Virus record (IMG/VR): IMGVR_UViG_3300023202_000336
Coordinates: 96,001-160,000 of that record
Direction: 5' to 3' (one strand)
Length of the DNA stretch: 64,000 bases
Source: a virus
This document shows positions 34,402 through 44,463 of this stretch, in pieces. Below the pieces are notes generated by a model. That model did no database searches, was not told the DNA's origin, and saw only the letters and a program-made list of their open reading frames with translations. The first letter of the stretch is position 1. Every line of letters begins with the position of its first letter. The position numbers were made by a program, and so were the translations under genes.

Positions 34402-36094
34402 AGAGAAGAGAAAAGAGGCAGAGGATCTTCCAGCCTCTCCCGTGAGGCCTATACTCGAGTATTCCGAGGGAGTCGACGCCCTGTATTTCACGCCGTATGC
34501 TTGGGCGAAGCTCCAGTTCATGTGTCACTCCGTCGATACCGAAATCGGCGGAATGGCACTTACGGCAGCAGACAATCCGTTTCTCATCGAGGATATAGGT
34601 ATCGTCAAGCAGAAGGCGAGTGCAGCTTTCGTTGATTTCGATGACGAGGCGTTGAACGATTTCATGACCGAGCAGTTCGTAAAGCACGATCGTCAGCCGA
34701 TCAACTGCATGAGGATCTGGATACATACGCATCCGCATGGATGCACGAAGCCTTCGGGACAGGACGAAAATACGTTCAGAGACGCTTTCGGAAGCGCAGA
34801 CTGGGCAGTGATGTTCATTCTTGCGAAATCAGGAGAGGTCTACGCGCGTATGCGGGCTGATACTGCGCACGGCGTTTCGATCAACAAGCATCTCGACGTA
34901 GATATAGACTGGTCCAAACCTTTCGAGGGTTCGGACCACGACAGCTGGCTCGAAGAGATCCGTGAGAAGGTCACTATCAGAACGTATTCGACTCCAGCAA
35001 AAGTAACGAGGTTCCCTGGTACGAGAAGCCGCGGCGTAAACGCGCTGATAAGCGATAAGAGATCGAGCTCGAACTCCACGAAGTCTTACATCGATGATGA
35101 TTATATTTTAGATAATGAGTGGTACGGCGGTGGATACGGTTACGGAGACGGTTACGGCGGTCAGAGAAGGTATTCCCGCGATAGTACGACGCACGGGAGG
35201 AAGGTGGAGATTCGCCTGTATCCTGAACACGTCTGCTACGATATGCCGAACCAGCTTTATATCAATCTGCTGAAGATGCCCCGTAAGAATTCGTTCTTCA
35301 TTCATTCGGATAAGAAGGTTCTCGAGAAACTCGGGGCGGTGATGGTTCCGTACAAGAAGCACGAGGGCAAAGAGACCGCTAAGTTCCTCTGCTATATCAA
35401 GAGTCATGGCAAGAAGTATACAGTCGATTCGAGAGCACTCACTATGATGGTCGACCACCCCGTTCCCGTCCTCAAAGCTATTTTGGAAGAGCGTCACGAA
35501 GCCGAACAGAAGCTTCTGAAGATAGCGGATGGCAGGAACGAGAACATGTACGGTTTTACCGATATCTTCGGTAAACGGTGTCATGTAATCGTTCCTTGGT
35601 TCTGCCTGAACAGGAGGCTGATCTGGCTTTCGGAGGACGAGTATGTGACGATGGAAGAGATAAACGACGGTATTACTTCGCTTGAAGAGTCACTCGATAA
35701 AGAGGAAGATGATACGAAGGAGCTTACGACAGTGGGCAGCGAGGACGATAAGGGTGACGAACAGTTTTTGGATAAGGAAATCGAAGATTTGGAGACCGGG
35801 TTCTTCTTGGAAGAGAAGGAGCTGGCGGACGGTAAGCGTAAGATAAATCTCAGTTTCGATCACTTCTTCTCGGAAGCGTGGGATAACGTAATAGCGTACC
35901 TTAAGGCAGCGAACTATTTCGGAGCGAGTGAGAAGGACATCGAGACGAGACTCTTCAAGTACGAAATGGAAGCCAAAGCAGATGTAGAGAGAGAAGCTTA
36001 CGAGGCGGTGAATAAGCTGGTGAGGTTGAAGGGTTACGACGTAGAAGCTCTCAAAGCCGTGATGATCAGTGACCAGAAGGAGGAAGAGGAATGA
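34388..36094 (+). CDS. JAB/MPN+ metallopeptidase with a long C-terminal extension (module 2)
   Basis: DTEIGG glutamate plus WIHTHPHGCTKPSGQD; start set at GTG 34388 (track ORF begins at 34130 inside the E2 tail). Confidence 0.8.
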   Translation: MTAPEEKRKEAEDLPASPVRPILEYSEGVDALYFTPYAWAKLQFMCHSVDTEIGGMALTAADNPFLIEDIGIVKQKASAAFVDFDDEALNDFMTEQFVKHDRQPINCMRIWIHTHPHGCTKPSGQDENTFRDAFGSADWAVMFILAKSGEVYARMRADTAHGVSINKHLDVDIDWSKPFEGSDHDSWLEEIREKVTIRTYSTPAKVTRFPGTRSRGVNALISDKRSSSNSTKSYIDDDYILDNEWYGGGYGYGDGYGGQRRYSRDSTTHGRKVEIRLYPEHVCYDMPNQLYINLLKMPRKNSFFIHSDKKVLEKLGAVMVPYKKHEGKETAKFLCYIKSHGKKYTVDSRALTMMVDHPVPVLKAILEERHEAEQKLLKIADGRNENMYGFTDIFGKRCHVIVPWFCLNRRLIWLSEDEYVTMEEINDGITSLEESLDKEEDDTKELTTVGSEDDKGDEQFLDKEIEDLETGFFLEEKELADGKRKINLSFDHFFSEAWDNVIAYLKAANYFGASEKDIETRLFKYEMEAKADVEREAYEAVNKLVRLKGYDVEALKAVMISDQKEEEE

Positions 36095-36768
36095 GCGAAG
36101 AGCAGACCACTGTAGAAGAGCGCTATAGCCGACAGGCATCTCTGATACCTCCCGATAAAATCGCTACTTTGACGGTATGCGTGATCGGTGTCGGCGCTAT
36201 CGGGAGGCAAGCTGCACTTCAGCTTGCCGCCTCAGGTGTCGGACGTCTGAAACTGATAGATCACGACGATATCGAAAGGGTGAATCTCGGTCCTCAGGGC
36301 TATTACGAGTCGGACATCGGGAAGAAGAAAGTCGAAGCGACAGCTGACGTGGCGCGATCGAACAACCCGGAGATCAGCATCGAGGCGGTAGATCGACGTT
36401 ACAATCCTGTAGACGGCGATTGTGATGCGGTCTTCATGTGCGTCGATAGCATCGAGACTCGAAGGTTCATCTATGAATCTTTGATGGATCGGAAGCCGTT
36501 CCTTGTCGACGGCAGGATGGCCGCTGAGACGCTGAGAATCGTGACCGCCTACGATGATTCGACTTACGAGGACTACGAAGAGACACTCTTTTCAGATGAT
36601 GAAGCTTTCGAGGGAGAGTGTACTGCAAGAAGCACTATCTATTCGGCGAACATCGCCGCAGGACTGATGGTTGCGCAGTTCGCAAAGTGGGTTAGAGAGA
36701 TGGAGATGATTATCAAGCCTGACTTCATTCTTAATCTTCTGAGTGGAGAGCTATTCGAAACGGAGTAA
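36091..36768 (+). CDS. ThiF/E1-like ubiquitin-activating enzyme (module 2)
   Basis: VIGVGAIG, DHDDIERVNLGPQ, GKKKV, VDGRM; candidate catalytic Cys in GECTARST. Confidence 0.9.
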   Translation: MSEEQTTVEERYSRQASLIPPDKIATLTVCVIGVGAIGRQAALQLAASGVGRLKLIDHDDIERVNLGPQGYYESDIGKKKVEATADVARSNNPEISIEAVDRRYNPVDGDCDAVFMCVDSIETRRFIYESLMDRKPFLVDGRMAAETLRIVTAYDDSTYEDYEETLFSDDEAFEGECTARSTIYSANIAAGLMVAQFAKWVREMEMIIKPDFILNLLSGELFETE

Positions 36769-36769
36769 A

Positions 36770-38236
36770 ATGGCGTATCTCGCGTATATCGGTAGAGCTT
36801 TGGCGCTATACCCAGCGAAACTGGGTGAGCTTTTCGAAGAGCACTGTACGGTAGAAAAAGTAGTTAGCGAAGAGGTATGGAAAACCAGTAGGTCGACCGG
36901 TCGACGGTATCGTAAAGTCGAGCGGATAGGCAAAAAGGTAGAGATGTACTGGTACGCCGAAGACGATGGAAAAGAAGTTTTCTGTGCCTATTCAGGGTAC
37001 GGTGCTCATATCGAAAAGACGCTAAAGCAACGAAAGATTCCATACACCACCGAGAACCGTGTCGATCACGGTCTTCCGAAACCAAATCTTGAAGCGATCA
37101 GACATATAGAATGGCGGCCACGGCAAAAAGAAGTCGTGGCCGCCATTCTGGCTTACAACGGGGGTGCTATCGATTGCCCGACGGCGTTCGGTAAAACCTT
37201 TATAGTTAAGCAGATCGCAAAAGTTTATCCGGAGTCCCCTATTATCGTAACTGTTCCGTCCGTGGATATCGCAAATGACATCTACGATGGATTACGTTTC
37301 GATATACCGGGGGTGGGAATGGTCGGCGACGGAAAGAATAAACCAGATAGGGTTACAGTTGCGGTAAGCCAGTCGTTACACAAGTGCGATAGGCACGCGA
37401 GTTTGGTTCTTGTAGACGAGTGTCATGCGATTCTCACGACGAATTTCATAAAGAAGCTTCATAGATTCTATCGGGCAAAGTTCTTCGGATTTACCGCTTC
37501 TCCGGAAGGTAGAAGCGACAAGGCAGACAGGTTTTTAGAGGCTTTATTCGGGGAGGTATTAGTCCGTGTTTCCTATCAAGAGTGCGTAGAGAGCGGAAAC
37601 GTTGCTCCTATTAAAGTACACGCTTACACCGTAGAAGACGGGCCTGACGTTTCAGCAATAGAGAATCATACGAAGGCAGATCGCCTCGGTATATGGACGA
37701 ACCGTACAAGAAACGAATTCATTGCGCGTGTAGTAAGAAAAGTAGAAAAGGATGTTGGCGACAACGAACAGATTCTGATTATGGTCGATAAGACCGAGCA
37801 CGCCTATGCTCTTGGGCAGTATCTCGACGACTACACCGTTGTTTCAGCCGAACCCGATCCGAGACGAGTTGCCCAAATGCGACGAAACGGGTCGATGTTA
37901 CGGGCGCAAAAGATATGTACTAAGAAGTCGCGGGGATATTATAAACGTATGTTCGAGCTCGGGAGACTCAAAAAGGTTATCGCAACGAAGGTGTGGAAAC
38001 AGGGAGTCGATTTTCAGGACCTTTCGGTTCTCGTACGCGCTGATGCCGTTTCAACTCCGATACAGTCTACACAGATCCCGGGAAGACTTAGTAGACTCGG
38101 ACGAGAAAAAGAGAAAGATTACGGCATACTTATAGATTTCTTCGATAAGTTTAGTGGGAATTTGTACGCGCGTTCACTAAATAGATTCAAGGTGTATCGC
38201 AGCAAAGGGTGGAGTATCGAGAACAAGACATGTTAA
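36770..38236 (+). CDS. Superfamily 2 DExH helicase (UvsW/XPB-like)
   Basis: CPTAFGKT, VDECH, FTASP, QIPGRLSR. Confidence 0.88.
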   Translation: MAYLAYIGRALALYPAKLGELFEEHCTVEKVVSEEVWKTSRSTGRRYRKVERIGKKVEMYWYAEDDGKEVFCAYSGYGAHIEKTLKQRKIPYTTENRVDHGLPKPNLEAIRHIEWRPRQKEVVAAILAYNGGAIDCPTAFGKTFIVKQIAKVYPESPIIVTVPSVDIANDIYDGLRFDIPGVGMVGDGKNKPDRVTVAVSQSLHKCDRHASLVLVDECHAILTTNFIKKLHRFYRAKFFGFTASPEGRSDKADRFLEALFGEVLVRVSYQECVESGNVAPIKVHAYTVEDGPDVSAIENHTKADRLGIWTNRTRNEFIARVVRKVEKDVGDNEQILIMVDKTEHAYALGQYLDDYTVVSAEPDPRRVAQMRRNGSMLRAQKICTKKSRGYYKRMFELGRLKKVIATKVWKQGVDFQDLSVLVRADAVSTPIQSTQIPGRLSRLGREKEKDYGILIDFFDKFSGNLYARSLNRFKVYRSKGWSIENKTC

Positions 38237-38781
38237 CTTTCGATGAGATTATAGATGAGGAGGGGAATCACCGAGTTCCTGATCCAGAGCTCGTAAAGCT
38301 TGCAAACGAGATATTAGATGCTTTCAAAGAGATAGCCCCAGAGATACCGATCCCCCGTAAAAGTAAGATGCAGTTCTATAAAGCTGCTGCGATATGTAAA
38401 GAACACGGAATGGCGCCGATCGACTTCGTACGGTCGCGAGTGCACGATATGAGAACTTCTGGTATGAAGTGGGCAACAGCGATCGCCTGTGATAGATTCG
38501 GTACGGTGGAGTCCGACCACAACATATTGTGTATCGAAGATATTAGGCACTATAAATCGCAGGTTGACCTTTTCCGCCGGCTCTCAAGTATCTACGGCTC
38601 TCAGCTCACAGTAGAGGATCGGTCGAACGCGTTTACTCCGCTTTTCCGTTGTATGCTCGCGTATACCTATGGGAACGAGGAGGTTTTTAAGCAGTACAAA
38701 GAGGCTGCGAAGGAAGAGTTGAAGATTGTTTCGGTGGCGAAAGAGATATTTAAGGAGTTAGCGAAGGTGCTTGATGACTAA
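38230..38781 (+). CDS. Hypothetical replication-cluster protein
   Basis: Overlaps both neighbouring genes. Confidence 0.65.
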   Translation: MLTFDEIIDEEGNHRVPDPELVKLANEILDAFKEIAPEIPIPRKSKMQFYKAAAICKEHGMAPIDFVRSRVHDMRTSGMKWATAIACDRFGTVESDHNILCIEDIRHYKSQVDLFRRLSSIYGSQLTVEDRSNAFTPLFRCMLAYTYGNEEVFKQYKEAAKEELKIVSVAKEIFKELAKVLDD

Positions 38782-40207
38782 ATCTTTCACACGACTGCAG
38801 TACTGTATTATGCTGTATCATATTATGCAGTCCGAAACAGTCGCTGACATAGCTCTCGATAGACTCGAGCCTCGGCACATCGTTGAGATGTCGGGAAGGA
38901 AGTCTTTTGGACTCGTATTTAAAGTAATTGGAAGTTATAGAAAGAGATACGATAGTCTTCCAGATCTCGCAGTTATAGTCACGGAAATAAGGAGGTTTGT
39001 AAAAGAGCATTTGCATAACGATACTGAGGTAAGAGATAACATATTAAAAGATGTACGAGCATTTATAGAGATATCGAAGGTAGCTGACGAGCGCAGTGAA
39101 GAGATGGCGCGAGATATGATCACCTACATAGTAGATGAGTGTATACTTACGCCAGAGCTCCACAATATTCTCGACGAAGCAAAAGAGTCCGAAGTGATAG
39201 AAGGCCTTGGTGAGCGCATTACAAACCTCGAGGATAGAAAGAGATCGCTAAGTGGCGGACGTTCATTTACCGGTATTTTCGATGACGATGATACCTTCGG
39301 GGAGCGTGTACCCACTAATATACCGTGGCTGGATTCTCGCTTCGGAGGAGGAAGAGGTCTCGTAAAAGGGTCTACAATTGGAATCATAGCTCCGCAAGGT
39401 ACAGGTAAAACGTCTCTTGGGATACAGCTCGCAGTAGGTCAAGCGCTCGCCGGTAGTAGCGCTTTGCTGGTTCTGGCGGAGGAAGGTCTTTCGCGGTCGA
39501 TGCGGTATAAAATACAGGCGGCAGCGCTCGGATTCTCGTACACCGAACTAGAAGAGACTAAAGGCGACTTGAACGCAGTACTGAAGAAAAATGATATACC
39601 GAAAGAAATTGCTGATAAGAAGATAGAAATGATGCAGAAGAATTTTAACGTACTTGATTTGGTGGATAAAGAAAATGATCTCGAAGCGATACAAGATGAG
39701 TTACAACATCTTATGCGGCAAGACCGGACGCCAGTTTACACATACGTAGATTGGGCGGGAGTAATCGCAGACAAGATGGTAGGGTCGAAGGTAAAAGGGA
39801 GGACCTTTAACACAAAGGAAGAGGCTCTGAAAACTATTAGCTATACGCTTTCAAGATATGCTCAGAGAACGGATAGTATCGTAGCAATCAGCCAGCAGAT
39901 GGCTGGAAGGTTCGCCGCTAGAGGGCCTTTCGCAATAAACGACCATTACTGCGCTGCGGATTGTAGAGGCTTTACGGAGCCTATGAAATACGTGTTGGTT
40001 ATTAACCCTCAAGATAGCCGAACGAGACTTTCCCTTATGAACGTGGCAAAAGCTCGGGACGATAAAGTCTGTCAGCCGTTTCCTATTCGGCTGAGGGGCG
40101 AGATCCCAGTGATAGAAGACGCGAGTAATCAGTTCTCTATGAAGGGTAAGCGGTTCGTGAGCAAGCGTTCGAGTCTGAGTAAGGATCGGGTGCCGAGCGA
40201 GGTGTAA
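38774..40207 (+). CDS. DnaB-like replicative helicase
   Basis: Walker A APQGTGKT, LAEE, YVDW, AISQ, NVAKAR; next to the primase gene. Confidence 0.8.
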   Translation: MTKSFTRLQYCIMLYHIMQSETVADIALDRLEPRHIVEMSGRKSFGLVFKVIGSYRKRYDSLPDLAVIVTEIRRFVKEHLHNDTEVRDNILKDVRAFIEISKVADERSEEMARDMITYIVDECILTPELHNILDEAKESEVIEGLGERITNLEDRKRSLSGGRSFTGIFDDDDTFGERVPTNIPWLDSRFGGGRGLVKGSTIGIIAPQGTGKTSLGIQLAVGQALAGSSALLVLAEEGLSRSMRYKIQAAALGFSYTELEETKGDLNAVLKKNDIPKEIADKKIEMMQKNFNVLDLVDKENDLEAIQDELQHLMRQDRTPVYTYVDWAGVIADKMVGSKVKGRTFNTKEEALKTISYTLSRYAQRTDSIVAISQQMAGRFAARGPFAINDHYCAADCRGFTEPMKYVLVINPQDSRTRLSLMNVAKARDDKVCQPFPIRLRGEIPVIEDASNQFSMKGKRFVSKRSSLSKDRVPSEV

Positions 40208-40208
40208 G

Positions 40209-41264
40209 ATGGTATTAAATCCAAGCCTTTACGCTGCTCTGAAGCATAAATTCGGAGAAGTGTACGTTACTAACGAGAATGAACGGCGGCTAGAATCGAG
40301 AGTACCCGGTGAGAGGTTTCCAGAGGTTATAGAGAGAGGAGAGCACTACAACGTATGCTGTCCGTACTGTGGAGATACGAGAAATAGACTTTCTATTTCG
40401 TACAAATGGCTCGATAAGCACCCGTTCAGCGGAAAGTTGATGACGCATCTTATAAACTGTTACAACGAGTCTTGCGAAGATATCAGGTCTGAAGACTTTT
40501 ATCTCGACATTATCGAGAAGATGGAGCTTGCGGACCTCGGGATGCTCCCCGAAGCCGATAACATTCCGGCCGGAACGCCGAAAGTGCAGCAATATGCTAT
40601 ACCGATGCCTGAAGGCTGCGTTCCTATAGGGTCGCTTCCAGAAGAGCATGAGGCGATACAATTCATAAAGCATAAGTACAATTTCAACATAAGATTCATA
40701 GACAAATTTTATGAAGTGAAATGGTGTGGATATACCGATCCAAAATTTAAATGTTCGAAAAATAGAATCATCTTCCCGATACGTAAAGACGGGGAGCTGG
40801 TTGCTTGGCAAGGGAGGACTATAGAGGCCGACAATAGTATGCGATGGTTCCTACCTCCCGGCTTTGTAAAATGCTTCTATAACGGCGATATGGTAGATCC
40901 TATCGAGACGCCAGTCATAACCGAAGGTATTCCAGCGTCTATCGCTTGTGGTCCTAAGGGGATATGTATATTTGGTAAAAAGCTGAGCCTTATGAGAAGC
41001 AAGGAGTTTTCTGATAAATGGACGTCCGCTATAGTAGCTACCGACCCTGATACGTTCGTGAAAGACCCTAAAAGCGGTAGAATACCTGCGTACGATACGA
41101 AGAGTAATCTTGAAAGATTTATAAACGATGTCAGGCTGATAAGATGGCCGAGTGAGATACTTACTCGAGCGAAAAGGAAGTTAGACGGGGAAGATATTTT
41201 CGTCCCGGATCCGGCAGATATCGGGATGAAAGCTATGAAACGACTTATAGAAGAAGCGAGATAG
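40209..41264 (+). CDS. DNA primase (Zn finger plus Toprim)
   Basis: CPYCGD...CYNESC; RIIFPI...VAWQGR; ITEG Toprim glutamate. Confidence 0.82.
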   Translation: MVLNPSLYAALKHKFGEVYVTNENERRLESRVPGERFPEVIERGEHYNVCCPYCGDTRNRLSISYKWLDKHPFSGKLMTHLINCYNESCEDIRSEDFYLDIIEKMELADLGMLPEADNIPAGTPKVQQYAIPMPEGCVPIGSLPEEHEAIQFIKHKYNFNIRFIDKFYEVKWCGYTDPKFKCSKNRIIFPIRKDGELVAWQGRTIEADNSMRWFLPPGFVKCFYNGDMVDPIETPVITEGIPASIACGPKGICIFGKKLSLMRSKEFSDKWTSAIVATDPDTFVKDPKSGRIPAYDTKSNLERFINDVRLIRWPSEILTRAKRKLDGEDIFVPDPADIGMKAMKRLIEEAR

Positions 41265-41266
41265 AT

Positions 41267-44200
41267 ATGCCTACAGTAGTAACTTCTTCGACAGTAAACG
41301 AAGACCATTTCGATTTTTTCGAAAGGATAAACGAGGATGAACCTAGCACGCCATACTCGTTGATCTGGAAAGTATGTAACCAGGGGCTGGTCCTCCCGGA
41401 AGAGAAGGTAGGAAATGCCTTTCATCTCCCGGCGTGTAAACTTGATGGACCGCTCAGTCAGAGCTACGTGCCAGAGAGAAGAGAGAGAGAAGAAGCCGTA
41501 TACAAGTGTCAGAGGCTTGGATGGGGTCATCGGAAGTATCTTTTAGTTCTTCCATCCCCAGACGATATAGACTTTATGGACCAGATAGCATTACACCCTA
41601 AATCACGTGGTGGCGCATTTCTTAGGAATGAGCTGGAACTCGCTGGGTTTAATCCTACGGAGGTAATCGTTACTCACGTATGTAGATTTCCGCTTCCGCA
41701 AGGTATGAAGCGATATCGCTCTAAACATGTGAAAGCATGCCTTCCGTATCTCCTAGCCGACATATACCATATAAATCCGGACGTTATGATACTATGTGGA
41801 AGCGATTCACTGAAAGCATTATACGGTAAGAACGCGAAGCTTGATACATATAGAGGTAACGTACTCAACTATAAATTCGGAAAAGAGGAGACGGAGATAA
41901 AAGTAATTCCTACGGTCAGTCATCTTGCGTTTCTTGGAGGCTACGCAAATCTCAGCGTGTTCAGAAGCGAGCTTATAAGAGCTCGGAATATAGGTAAATC
42001 GATCGACATAGCAAAAGTTGAGGAAGAGGAGAAAGATTACAGAGTTTGTGATACCATAGAAAGCGTTAAGGAACTGATCGAAGACATCAGGAAAGATAGC
42101 CCTAGGCATATAGCTGTCGATACCGAGTTTGGAAATGATTATGCGAGAGAAGAATATACGTACACACTATCGATACAGCTTTGTTGGGCTAAGGGAAAAG
42201 CTGCGTTTATAAAATTGAGAGACCAGATAAAAAGGCCTCCTCACGATTTCGTAAAGTTTCACGGTACGCGAAGGAAAGATGGTACGAGAAGAGCAAAGGT
42301 AGAGAAAAGGAATACACCTGATCGTGTAGGCGTTCCTATGTTTTCGAAAGAAGATGAATCGAAAATATGGGAGATGGTACACGGCCTTCTTTCAGACGAG
42401 GGCATTAGGCTCGACGGACAGCATTTGAGAGCTGACGTTAACCAGTTTTATATCAACGGGTGGCCTCTCGATGAGAAAGTAACAACTGGGTTCGATACGA
42501 TGCTAGTTCATCATCTTCTTTACGGCGATGAGCATCAGGGCCTGGATCATCTCGTCCGTAAGTACGTACCAGAATACGGTGCGTACTGGCAAGAGCTAGA
42601 AGAATGGTTAGGCAATAATAGTAGACAGTCTAGGCTTAGGTTTGGATATCGAGATATACCCCTCGATATACTGATACCTTATGCTTTGAAGGACGCCGAT
42701 GCTACGTGGGAGATAGCTGAATTCCTCGAGGAGGAGCTCAGGAAGAATAATAAACTTTGGAAGCTCTACTGGACTCAAAGCGCTCCTACTTCGCTACATC
42801 TTATGGATATCGAGCGTAACGGGATATTGATAGACGAAGAACAGCGTCAGTTCATCCGTGACACGTACGAACCGATATATAACGATCTTTTGAGTAGATT
42901 CCAGGAAGAGAACAACTGGCCTGGGTTTAATCCTCGCAGCAGATATGACGTGTCAGCGTTCCTCTACAGCGATACTGAATATTCTGATAAGAAAGATGCT
43001 CCTCCGGGGGCAAGGGTATTAAGTCTGAAACCTCTTTATAACACGGATAAGTATCCTAAGAGCTGGGAAGAGATCGAAGAGCGCGGTGAACAGCGGTTCC
43101 ATAATCCTTCGATTAAATCTACTACGCTAGAGGTTCTACAGACGGTCTATCCTGACGTTAAAGAGATCAAAGCTATAAGACAGCTGAGCGTCATAGGTAA
43201 GTTTCTTACTGCGTATCTAAAGCCGCAGGTGCCGAACGAGTTCGGAGTTCCAGCCGGTGGGGATGGATTTCATAATAATATATGGAGTGATGGGCGTGTA
43301 CGTACGCATCTTTCGCAACTGACTCAGACGGGTAGATATTCATCTAAAGCTGCGAATCTCCAGACGAAGCCAAAGAAACAGGAAGCTGCTGCGTTCGAGG
43401 TACTGGTTGACTACTATTTTGGTGTAAGCGTCGAGGAGTATAATAGACGGATAGAGCCCGATTACGACGGGCCCGATAAGATATCCGAAGAGGAAAGAGT
43501 ACCTTATATACCTTTCGCATCATGTTTCATAGCTCCTGAAGACTACTGTCTTATCGAAGCCGACTTCAAAAATGCAGAGATTTTTATATGGGCATACTGC
43601 AGCGGTGATAAGGAACTGATACGGGTTGTTGATAGCGGAAGAGATCTTCATTCGGAAGTAGCTTGCAGATCGTTTAATCTCGATCCGCTCCCGGAGTTGA
43701 ATAGGGTGCTTAGGACACTCGAGGAATCAGGTGATATTGGTCCCTATAAGGAGTGGAATAAAGACTTTAAAGCGAGATTCGAGTCTCAGAGAGTTGCTGC
43801 GAAAACTGTTAATTTCGGTGTGATGTACGGGCGACGCGCTCCGGCGCTTGCTCGTGAAATTATACGCCAAGGTGTTGATGTATCTATTAGCGACTGTGAA
43901 AGCATCATTAACGGTGTTGCGAATAACTTCAAAGTAGCTTGGAAATGGCTGAATGACAACGCAGAGTTCGCAGTAGAAAACGAATATATCGAGAATGCTT
44001 TTGGAAGAAGACGGTACTTTCAAGGAGTTCGGGAACTTTCTGAAAGAGACCAGGCCTCTGTAAAAAGAGAGGCGAAAAATAGCCCGATCCAGGGAACTGT
44101 CGCAGACCTCCTTGCCCGCGCTGGAATAAATCTTTATACATTAATGAATAAAACAGACGTCGGAAATAAATTAGATTTCAAAATATTGCTCCCTATCCAT

Positions 44201-44353
44201 GACGCTTTTCTTTTCGAGGTACGGAAGTCTCAGGTCAAAGAAATATCGAAAGCGATAAACCTGTGCATGTCAAAGATGAATCCAGTTCCAAATACGGACT
44301 ACAGACTAAAGCTTGATATAGAGGTAATGGATCATAGGTGGAGTGACCACTAG
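41267..44353 (+). CDS. polA: Family A DNA polymerase with an N-terminal uracil-DNA-glycosylase-like domain and 3'-5' exonuclease
   Basis: UDG-like CLPYL..I..INPDVMILCG...YRG...PTVSH; ExoI AVDTE, ExoIII YALKD; motifs A EADFKNAE, B KTVNFGVMYG, C IHDAF. Confidence 0.92.
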   Translation: MPTVVTSSTVNEDHFDFFERINEDEPSTPYSLIWKVCNQGLVLPEEKVGNAFHLPACKLDGPLSQSYVPERREREEAVYKCQRLGWGHRKYLLVLPSPDDIDFMDQIALHPKSRGGAFLRNELELAGFNPTEVIVTHVCRFPLPQGMKRYRSKHVKACLPYLLADIYHINPDVMILCGSDSLKALYGKNAKLDTYRGNVLNYKFGKEETEIKVIPTVSHLAFLGGYANLSVFRSELIRARNIGKSIDIAKVEEEEKDYRVCDTIESVKELIEDIRKDSPRHIAVDTEFGNDYAREEYTYTLSIQLCWAKGKAAFIKLRDQIKRPPHDFVKFHGTRRKDGTRRAKVEKRNTPDRVGVPMFSKEDESKIWEMVHGLLSDEGIRLDGQHLRADVNQFYINGWPLDEKVTTGFDTMLVHHLLYGDEHQGLDHLVRKYVPEYGAYWQELEEWLGNNSRQSRLRFGYRDIPLDILIPYALKDADATWEIAEFLEEELRKNNKLWKLYWTQSAPTSLHLMDIERNGILIDEEQRQFIRDTYEPIYNDLLSRFQEENNWPGFNPRSRYDVSAFLYSDTEYSDKKDAPPGARVLSLKPLYNTDKYPKSWEEIEERGEQRFHNPSIKSTTLEVLQTVYPDVKEIKAIRQLSVIGKFLTAYLKPQVPNEFGVPAGGDGFHNNIWSDGRVRTHLSQLTQTGRYSSKAANLQTKPKKQEAAAFEVLVDYYFGVSVEEYNRRIEPDYDGPDKISEEERVPYIPFASCFIAPEDYCLIEADFKNAEIFIWAYCSGDKELIRVVDSGRDLHSEVACRSFNLDPLPELNRVLRTLEESGDIGPYKEWNKDFKARFESQRVAAKTVNFGVMYGRRAPALAREIIRQGVDVSISDCESIINGVANNFKVAWKWLNDNAEFAVENEYIENAFGRRRYFQGVRELSERDQASVKREAKNSPIQGTVADLLARAGINLYTLMNKTDVGNKLDFKILLPIHDAFLFEVRKSQVKEISKAINLCMSKMNPVPNTDYRLKLDIEVMDHRWSDH

Positions 44354-44463
44354 ATATAGTCCGTTTCGGCCAGTAGCCACAATATATAGTAGACGTTTTC
44401 ACTATGGAACCCTGCGGAGAACCGGCATACTGCCGTACCCGCTTACATTAAGGACGAACTAAT

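Noticed and set aside
44352-44362. agatatagtcc resembling the group I intron S element
   Set aside because: Isolated match over the polymerase stop codon, with no other intron core elements or split ORF
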